A DNA stretch of 64,000 nucleotides, taken from contig OZ024745.1 of assembly GCA_964016885.1 (NCBI GenBank), positions 57,784,001 through 57,848,000 of the forward strand. The letters run 5' to 3'. Under the pieces are notes generated by a model. It was not told where the DNA came from, ran no database searches, and saw nothing but the letters and a program-made list of their open reading frames with translations. Below, piece after piece: positions 54,386 through 64,000 of this stretch (the stretch's first letter is position 1; every line of letters begins with the position of its first letter). The DNA is from Eledone cirrhosa (Eukaryota). The position numbers were made by a program, and so were the translations under genes.

Positions 54386-54952
54386 TATTTTCCGGATATG
54401 CGAAAGTTATTTCAAGCTATTCTACACTTTTAACAAAGAGAGTGATCTCTAAATATATATTGCTGCAGATAGGTATCGTTATTTCAATTACTTTTTTCAC
54501 ATTTCAGTAACTGAAAGTTTCGCTACATGCACAGGAACTCCATCAACTATAGCATCATAATAATAGAAAAGTGATTATACAATAGTCAGATCATAAGCTT
54601 CAGTCAATTAATAGAACGAGCTTGCGATAAAATGATCCTATGGTGACTGTATTCAATACATCAACACTTATATGATGATTTTCACTGAATCCATATCCTA
54701 CATTCAGATTTAATTGAATTCTTTTATTACGTACGTCAAATTATTTTCAACAGATATATAAGTGAAGCATAAAACAGCTGTTGCAGGCATAAACGTTAAA
54801 GAATCGCATTTGATTTTCTGATTCCATTCTGTCACTCGAAAACATTCTTTGTATGCAGAGGAATTCCAAAATAGCTAACAATGCTTACATCTATATGGTG
54901 TATTTCCTTTATATACATGCTCACTTATATGCACACATAGGCACATAAACGC

Positions 54953-55107
<155 letters not shown>

Positions 55108-55652
55108 AGTGTGTTGTATCTATGTGTGTGAGTGTGAGTAAGTATATACACAAATATAAGAATAATCAATAAAAAAAATTACAACACAGAAAGCAATAAA
55201 ATACAATTATGGTATATTAGTTTATCGCTTGATGTAGGTGGATGCAAGTACTCCACTGGAAGATGAAAAAAGAGAAAAGGAAAATGATACTGGCGAGAGT
55301 AAAAAAAGTAATCGTGTCAGAGAAAAAAGTGTATATATTAGGGAAGTGTGAGTGGGTGTTTGTCCACACTGGTTATTGTATGAATATAGTTAGGGTCCTT
55401 TACTTTGTGACTTTATTAGAGGCGATACATCTCTCTCTATCGTTAGCTCTCTTTCTCTCTCTTTCTCTCTCTTTCTCTCTCTTTCTCTCTCTTTCCCTCT
55501 CTTTATATATATAGAGAGAGAGGGAGAGAGACAGAGAGAGAGAGAGAGAAAGAGAGAAAGTGAAAGAGAAAAATAGATAGATAGATAGATGTGTAGATAG
55601 ATATATAGATATATAGATAGATATATAGATAGATATATAGATAGATATGTAT

Positions 55653-55690
<38 letters not shown>

Positions 55691-55691
55691 T

Positions 55692-56357
55692 GAGATATTT
55701 CTTTATTAGCCCCAAGGGCACAAAAGAAAGGGACAGATATAAATGGGGAGTTTACATACAGGTATATGAAAATAAAACTATTAATAAAATAACAAATAAC
55801 AATTGAAATCCCCAATAGGAGGGAGGCGTTACACAGGGGTTGTACACACCCCGAAAAAATGTACAACCCTCATCACCAGGAGCACCAAGAGTGAGTACTC
55901 CCTTTCTCTCTTCCTCTTTTTCCTCAACCTACAGGCTTATATAGAGAGAAGGCCAAATCACTCGGGCCATCTTTGCCACATTCATCCACCTTTTATAAAA
56001 TTTGCTGGGGTACAGCACCTCTCTCTCCATCCTGATTCTTCTTCCAAAATGATATTTGAAAAAACGAATCAGTTGCTCGCCGGAGAGAAAGGTGTCTGAC
56101 CTCAACCCTTTTAACCTCGTCCACCATATAACCTCTTTCACCATAGACATAACACATAGGAAAACCGCCTCTCCCTTGTCTTTGAAGGAGGGTGGCGGTT
56201 TGATCATGACAATGGACTCGGTGGTCAACCGGATTGGTCCCACCCGCAACAATAGTCGTTCTACATAGCCCCACATGTCGGTAACGCCCGGGCAGTGTTC
56301 AAATGCGTGCGCGACGGTTTCCCCGTCGCGCACGCATCTCGGACAGATCTTTTCGAA
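55692..56357 (-). mobile_element. Short 5'-truncated Tx1/L1-type LINE 3' end, flanked on both sides by (GATA)n
   Basis: CPRC..ETVAHAFEHC zinc knuckle; clearly homologous to 56425-57087; (GATA)n at 55574-55690 and 56359-56424. Confidence 0.85.
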
Positions 56358-56424
<67 letters not shown>

Positions 56425-59400
56425 TGTTTCATTATTAGCCACAAGGCCACAAAAGAAGGGGACACATACAAAGGGGGAAGTTTACATACAATAAAAACGT
56501 GTAAAATATTATCACAAATGCAATTTAAAAATTAGTCTATTTTCCCCAATAGGGGGAGACATTACATATGGGTAACACATACCCTCGAAAAAAATGTGCA
56601 AACCTCATCTCCAGGTGTACGAAGAGTTTGTACTCCTTTCCTCTCCTCCTCTTTTTCCTCAACCTACAGGCTGATATAGAGAAAAGGCCCATTCACTCGG
56701 GCCATTCAGGCCACTTTCACCCACCTTTTATAAAATTTGCTGGGATACAGCACCTCTCGCGATCCTGATTCTTCTTCCAAAGTGGTATTTGAAAAAAAGC
56801 ATCAGTTTTTGGCCGGAGAGAATGGTGTCTGACCTCAGCCCTTTCAACCTTGTCCACCATACAACCTCTTTCGCCATAGCTATCACACAAAGGAAAGCCG
56901 CCTCTCCTTCGTTTTTGAAGGAGGGTGGCGGTTTGATCATGACAATGGATTCGGTGGTCAACCGGATTCGTCCCACCCGCGACAATAGTCGTTCTACATA
57001 GCCCCACAGGTCGGTAACGCCCGGGCAATGTATGAATGCTTGCGCGACGGTTTCTTCGTCTCGCACGTACCTCGGACAGATCTTTTTTGCAGGGTCCCTG
57101 CCCGGGCGCCCATGTCTGTAGAGCTTGTCTCGAACTGGTAGAGCTCCTCGGCAGCACGGCCAGGCCAGGGACTTTTGGAAGTTGTTCATCGGTCCCGGGC
57201 GGAAGGTACTACCGAACAGACCGGCCAGTTCGTCTTCCTCTACGCCTAGCGTTTCACTGAGCGCGTCGTCGCACTTGCTGCGGATCAACCCTCTATAGAA
57301 TGACGAAGTGGAGTCTCCACTGATCGCCGGGTCCGCCTGTCAGAGGGCTGTGAGCTCCTGAGCACATTCGATGTGCCAGTCGCCCATTTTCCTCGGTCTT
57401 TGCTTGACCCAGGACTGCAGCTCGGTCAGCGAGACGAGTCGTGGGAAAGCTCGCCTCACGAACGGGTCCCACACCGGTTGTCCGGTGAGGAATACGTAGA
57501 GATGCCGCAGCCTGAGCGCGTGTTTGCGCATCGTCAACCACGGAATCCCCAGCCTTTCGTTGGAAGGGTGTTGGCAGCAGATGGATCTTCTCACCAAAGG
57601 AGCCCGCCTCTTCCAAAGGAATTGGAAGAGCGCGTTGTCCATTTTGGTGAGCGTTTTGTCTGGACAAGGCACGACTGTCAAGCAGTAGTAGATGGCGGAC
57701 GCTATAAAAGTGTTCGCCACCTCCCCTCGACCTATCAAGGATAGTTTGCACTGGGCCCACTTCTGGGTGAGTGCAAACTCCTTGGCCGCTACCTCGTTCC
57801 AGTTCTTCTCCACCTGGAGGTCCGGACCAAACCAGAGCCCGAGGAGCTTTACCGGTCCTTTCCTCAAGCGTCCGACGACGCCATTGGAAGGCATCGGCTT
57901 GCCTCTCGACGATCCAAGTTGCAAAACGATGGACTTCTCCCGGTTCAGCTTCGCTCCTGTGAACTTTTCGTATTCCTTCATGTAAGGTGGCGACTACCTC
58001 GATTTACGAGTCGCTCCACACCATTACTGTGACGTCGTCGGCGTAGGCCGACCCCGCTTTCGGCAGTCCCGGTTGCAGAGGGATTCCCTGCAATAGCTCC
58101 AACTTCCACAGTAGTGGCTCGAGAGTCAGTACGTACAGAAGGGAGGAGAGAGGGCATCCCTGTCGAATGGATCCCGTGATATGGAACGGCTCCGATTGTA
58201 GCCGTTCACCTTGACCCTTGAGCAGATGTTTCTGTTGTGCATTGCAGCAATCCAGCCCCTGAACACAGGTGTGAAGCCTGCAGCCTCGAGCACCGCATCT
58301 AGGTAACGATGGTCAACCCTATCGAAAGCCTTAAACTGATCCAAGTTGATCAGGGCCCCACGGAAGCCGGGTTTACACCCTACCCTCTCTATGATGTATC
58401 GCATGAGGTGGAGGTTGTCGTGTATGGACCTGGACGGGATTGCGCATGTCTGCGCTTCTCCCACCAGGTTCTCGGCGACAAGCGCCAGCCTCTTTGCCAA
58501 CACCTTGGCCAAAATCTGTAACTCTGTGTTTAGCAGAGTTATGGGCCGGAAATTGCCTATGTCATCCCCCTTATTCTCGTCCTTCCTGACTAGTGTAACT
58601 ACGCCCCCGGTCACAGAACTTGGAATTCTCCCGTTCTGTTGCTAGTTGCAGTAGACCGCTTCCAGAAGACCGGAGAATAATCCGGCATTGCTACGTAAAA
58701 TTCGAAGGGTACACCGTCGAGACCTGGAGATTTGCGTTTGCCGCATTGGCTCAGCGCATCCCCTATCTCAGCGGCTGAAATTGGCTTTTCGCAGAATTTC
58801 GCCTCTCTGGCCGAGAGTCGCGGTAGGCCGTCGAGGAATGGACCGAAATCCATAGCCCCTCCCAGCGCGCCGCCCTGCCCGAATATTTGAGGAAAGTGCC
58901 GCTGAAAGGCCGCACATATGTGTTTCGGCTCACGTTTCACGCATCCGTCTTGGTATTTCAAAGACCGAATCATGGACTTGTTGCCACTTTACGCCTCCGG
59001 CACCCGGTCCAGCTAACAGCTTTGGCTCCCTCGTTTCCCAGAGCTCGTATTTTGCTTCTGACAACGCAGCCCTCGTGCTTTGCGTCGAACAACTGGTCCA
59101 AGGCCGATCTCGTTGCTAGCACGCTGGCTACGTTGCCACTTCTAACTGCTTCTTCAACTTTATCTACCAGTTCCTTCTCGGTTCTATTTCTATCTAACGC
59201 TAATTCTTTACTAAAAACTAACGAGTCTAATCTAACTGCCCTCTTGAGAGAGTGCCACCATCTGTTCTTGACAATGGCCCCTGTCAAGTGCTATTTAACT
59301 AAAGTGCTAATCCGTCTACTGTAGGCTTTGCATGTCGGTAACGGCAAGTTCATCTTCCAGTAGCCGGGTCCTTGTCTATGGTTTCTATCAAGCTTGACCA

Positions 59401-59548
59401 TGCAGAGCGCTAGTTTGTGATCTGAATAGGCAAGCATGAAAATTTGTGGACAGCTTAACATGTCCCTAACCTTATTTCTAACTAGAACCCTATCTAGGTA
59501 CGATCTAGATGTTCCGCTACGATTAGTCCACCACCACAGTGGCACATT
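56425..59548 (-). mobile_element. 5'-truncated Tx1/L1-clade LINE ORF2 (end of APE, RT, zinc knuckle), frameshifted
   Basis: SYLDRVLV..SDHKL..PGYWKMN; KSPGLDG; FRPITLLN..KVLAKRL..QTC; LDQFKAFDRV; AYADDVT; GAKLNREKS; LPVRDKL; ETVAQAFIHC. Confidence 0.9.
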
Positions 59549-59553
59549 GATAG

Positions 59554-60183
59554 GAACGCTGTACTAGTTTGTCAGTGTTGAACAAACGAGCAACGATGGT
59601 TGCTAGACACTACGGCTTAATACGGGATGTTTGTTTACAAACACACCGAGCATTATAATAAATGTTCGGTGAATCCATACGTACATATATATATGTGTGC
59701 ATGTATGTATATATATATACATACTGCTATACGTCTGTATACATATATGTATGTACGTGTACATACTTATATTTAAGTAACAGCCGTACTAAGAGTGGGA
59801 AATGAAATTTTGTTTCATTTTTTCCGTTTATCGTTTTCGGTGCACCCGGCCGATTAACCCACTCGATATGCAAATTGGGCTACTCAGCCGTTAATATGCA
59901 TAAGGTAAGTATATATGTTCAACAATCTGGCAGGAAGGTATACGTTGCTGACGATAGCTAATAAGCTTGAAACTAGTTCAGCGTTTCTTTGTCAGTGTTG
60001 AACAATCGAGCAACGATGGTTGCTAGACACTACGGCTTAATACGGGATGTTTGTTTACAAACACACCGAGCATTATAATAAATGTTCGGTGAATCCATAC
60101 GTACATATATATATGTGTACATATATGTATATATATACATACTACTATACGTCTGTATCCATATATGTATGTACGTGTACATA

Positions 60184-60190
<7 letters not shown>
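59554..60190 (+). mobile_element. Retrozyme-like 420-bp tandem unit (~1.5 copies) with HHR and short inverted 5' stub
   Basis: gtcagtgttgaac at 59571 and 59991; 59555-59570 is the reverse complement of the HHR 3' half; ends in (TA)n. Confidence 0.8.
59942..59984 (+). ncRNA. Minimal type I hammerhead ribozyme motif
   Basis: acgttg-CTGACGA-t-agct-aata-agct-t-GAAA-ctag-TT^-cagcgt; palindromic stem III aactagtt. Confidence 0.8.
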
Positions 60191-60277
<87 letters not shown>

Positions 60278-61274
60278 TGCATGTGATAGTGTCGCGTATG
60301 GAAAATTGAATTTCGGCAAATATGTTTGTTCAAATATATGTTTGATCTGTCATCCAAAAATATCCCGTAGGTAAATCAAATATTCTCACTTTTACTACCT
60401 GATTGTGAGTGCATTCAGATTTTAAATGTCTCCTGGCAACCTATACATGGCATTTTAGCTTCGTATCCTATAGATCTTCGAAACGTCGGATGCCAGCTGG
60501 AAGGTTTAAAAGTCGTGGATAGACGTGTTCCACTTCGAAACTCTCTTCAGTTTTCTTTTCGGATTTATTTTTTCTCTGTCCTCCATGTATGCAAGGGCAA
60601 TCACAAATCACCAGCAAATATCAATGCCTTGTTGCTTGTCGATTTCTTTTATGGTTGATGCGTACTTTCATTATGTTGTTGAGAAGAAAATTTTAAAACG
60701 TGTGCCACGAAGATTAACTCATGACATTAAACTATAAATTTGCAGAGGAATATATCATATCTGTCAACTTATTCTCGAAAGAATATAACCAACATGATTA
60801 TTTTAACAATTTCATTGCAAAAACCTATTTATTCTCCTCAATTATGGACAATAATAGATACACGCTCTTGTGACACATAATGTGTAAAATATAATATGTT
60901 ACAATTTTTATGGTCTATAAAATATTGCGCTTCATAGATTTCTCTCGTGGCTGTTTAGGAAACACAGAACAGTTTTAGAGTGGAGAGTAACAAAAGGAAG
61001 AACAAATATAAGCACACACACTATAAATATACGTCTATATTTGAAACGTTCGAGTCCAATAGCAGAGGTCACTCTTTATTAATAATAATAGCTTTTAGAA
61101 AACCGAGTAAGATGACATTAGGGATATGTCAAAAATTGTCTACAGTCGCTTCGTTCCCTATGGAATGCTGTTGCTAAATCTATGATGATTTATAGCGATA
61201 TTTATCGAGTTCTTTTGTTTGGTTTCCCATATTTTAGATTTTAAATCGACCAAGGGCCTTCATAAATCATATGG

Positions 61275-61353
<79 letters not shown>

Positions 61354-61392
61354 GAAAGAGGTGACTTTGCTTTTGCGTTTCAACATCTAGTT

Positions 61393-61426
<34 letters not shown>

Positions 61427-62020
61427 AATTAGTATATCTACCAACATATGTATACAGATGTATACCTATGCTGGCAAATATATATGTTATGTCTTAGTAA
61501 CGTTGTGGTTCTATGCAAGGGGATGCAGAACAATTATATGAAAGACGTAAAATAAGAAAATTATTAAAATTAACTTACTTACTGAAATTTTCACTCCAAC
61601 TAATTAGTTTAGTAAGTAAGTTAATTTTAATAATTTTCTTATTTTACGTCTTTCATATAATTGTTCTGCATCCCCTTGCATAGAACCACAAAGCTACTAA
61701 GACATAACATATATATTTGCCAGCATAGGTAAACATCTGTATACATATGTTGGTAGATATACTAATTCTTTATATTTATCTCCAAATTATTTGTTGAGCA
61801 AAACTTGCCGAAATTACTGCTATGGTTCATGGTAGTAGTTAGGCTCTTGTTTTATTACACCCCACTCCTCACTGATTAAACCCAGTGTCACTGACCAAGA
61901 AGGCAGTGAATTTTTTCAGTGTCCTGGAATCTAGTCCCGCTCGCTTTTTTCCATCCACTGAATTATTTTTATATGAATTCCTTGTGTCCACGCATTGCCT
62001 GGGAACTTAGCTGAGAATAG

Positions 62021-62102
62021 ACTCCCTGATGACGTAAGGATTTCTCTATGGTTGCGTTGCGTAACTATATTTATTCCCTTACAGAAACTAATTAGTTGGA
62101 GT
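62021..62102 (+). ncRNA. Type I hammerhead ribozyme motif
   Basis: actcc-CTGATGA-c-gtaagg...ccttac-a-GAAA-ctaattag-TT^-ggagt. Confidence 0.82.
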
Positions 62103-62548
62103 GAAAATTTCAGTAAGTAAGTTAATTTTAATAATTTTCTTATTTTACGTCTTTCATATAATTGTTCTGCATCCCTTTGCATAGAAACACAAAGTTACTA
62201 AGACATAACATATATATTTGCCAGCATAGGTATACATGTGTATACATATGTTGGTAGATATACTAATTCTTTATATTTATCTCCAAATATTTGTTGAACA
62301 AAACTTGCCGAAATTACTGCTATGGTTCATGGTAGTAGTTAGGCTCTTGTCTTATTACCACCTCACTCCTCACTGATTAACCTCAGTATCACGTGATTGA
62401 TTCTTTAGAATTTGTCACTGACCAAGAAGGCAGTGAATTTTTTCAGTGTCCTGGAATCTAGTCCCCGCTCACTTTTTTCCATCCACTGAATTATTTTTAT
62501 ATGAGTTCCTTGTGTCCACGCATTGCCTGGGAACTTAGCTGAGAATAG

Positions 62549-62630
62549 ACTCCCTGATAACGTAAGGATTTCTCTATGGTTGCGTTGCGTAACTATATTT
62601 ATTTCCTTACAGAAACTAATTAGTTGGAGT
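62549..62630 (+). ncRNA. Second hammerhead copy with G8A change (CTGATAA)
   Basis: Same architecture, 528 bp downstream of the first. Confidence 0.65.
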
Positions 62631-62675
62631 GAAAATTTTAGTAAGTTAATTTTAATAATTTTCTTATTTTACGTC

Positions 62676-62876
<201 letters not shown>

Positions 62877-63517
62877 AGTGGGTGTTGGTTTTATTCCGTT
62901 GGTTTTATTTCCGTTTCCGTAAAACTGCAATGAGATGTGAATTAAAACGTAACAAGCTAGCTGCTGTGGTAGTGTAGATATGTGTATGTACGCGCGCGCA
63001 TGAGCTAACCCACTCAGGGAGATATACCTATGTATTTGAAATTCAGGATACCCATTCAGATACACATAGATGTAGATACACACACAAATGCTTGTAGTAA
63101 AAGAGAGCCGCTGGTGAAGATGATTGTATTCCTCTCTCATTACGTGGGTATGACTAAGAGAAACTACTTAGCTTTGGGTACGACAATAAGGTGGTACAAT
63201 AATAAGGCTGAACTACGATGTGTGAAGTTACTTCGTGCATGGAGAATAATGGAGCCGAACGTTAATAGGGATGTGCACTAAATGTTGGGAAACATTTCAC
63301 AAGGATTTCGTCTGAAATAAAGTTTGAATCCGTAAAGACATATAATTTCAAAAATGAAAACAAAAATATATTAGACGCTGTCACACATATTCCTTCTTTC
63401 TCACACTACATATGTTTTTGACCCTTTGTGCTCGTGTATATGTGTGTATATTTTCACAAGAGGATATATAGGCATATGATGATTCTTCAATGCATAATAA
63501 CGAAATTAAAGTTATTC

Positions 63518-63584
<67 letters not shown>

Positions 63585-63588
<4 letters not shown>

Positions 63589-63960
63589 AATGTTTAATTT
63601 GTTGGTATTTCAACAAATATATTTATAACAGATTCGAAGCACCCGACAAGTTTTCTGGAGTATGATATCAATGATATTAATAAATTGAAACTATATTTAT
63701 AAAACCATATTTATTCTATTATATATAGTTCAAGGGTACCAAAACTTTGGTACGCTCACATCAGATAAAATACAAGTTTCACCTGGATAATCTATCCAGG
63801 TGAAACGTGAACCGTTAAGGTCTCATTCCTGGATATGTCAATATTTATAAAACAAACTTCGTGTTTTATCTGATGAGGGCGTACCAAAGTCTTGGTACCC
63901 TTGAAATATATATAATAGAATAAATATGGTTTTATATTTATAGTTTCCATTTATTAATAT

Positions 63961-63967
<7 letters not shown>
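63585..63967. mobile_element. Inverted-repeat HHR element between (TA)n tracts (43.3 kb family)
   Basis: Arms ~63669-63779 / 63854-63965; shares aaactatatttataaaaccatatttatt with the 43.3 kb element. Confidence 0.82.
63862..63922 (+). ncRNA. Type I hammerhead ribozyme motif
   Basis: tgttttat-CTGATGA-gggcgtaccaa(agtc)ttggtaccctt-GAAA-tatata-TA^-atagaata; left-arm copy mutated (CTGATGT, GAAC). Confidence 0.75.

Positions 63968-64000
<33 letters not shown>

Overview
AT-rich, microsatellite-saturated metazoan DNA. The SINE family and repeat make-up suggest an octopus/cephalopod genome (inference). No host protein-coding gene could be supported, and most ORFs in the track are translations of microsatellites. 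The window holds many retroelements: several Penelope-like element (PLE) fragments with inverted pseudo-LTRs, an uninterrupted 5'-truncated R4/Dong-type RLE LINE inside a (TACA)n array, a frameshifted RTE LINE with three C-terminal C2H2-type fingers, two Tx1/L1-type copies tied to (GATA)n, a decayed HERO-like RLE LINE, non-autonomous Helitron-like pieces and tRNA-derived SINEs. The main unexplained signal is a set of short NON-CODING elements embedded mostly in (TA)n tracts that carry type I hammerhead ribozyme (HHR) motifs. Some are head-to-tail or circularly permuted ~420, ~530 and ~590 nt monomers (retrozyme-like, one with a U3-A8 core variant). Others are palindromes whose symmetry centre falls on the ribozyme's stem II hairpin, suggesting a fold-back replication mechanism. 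All ribozyme calls come from manual motif and base-pair reading; none was folded computationally or tested.
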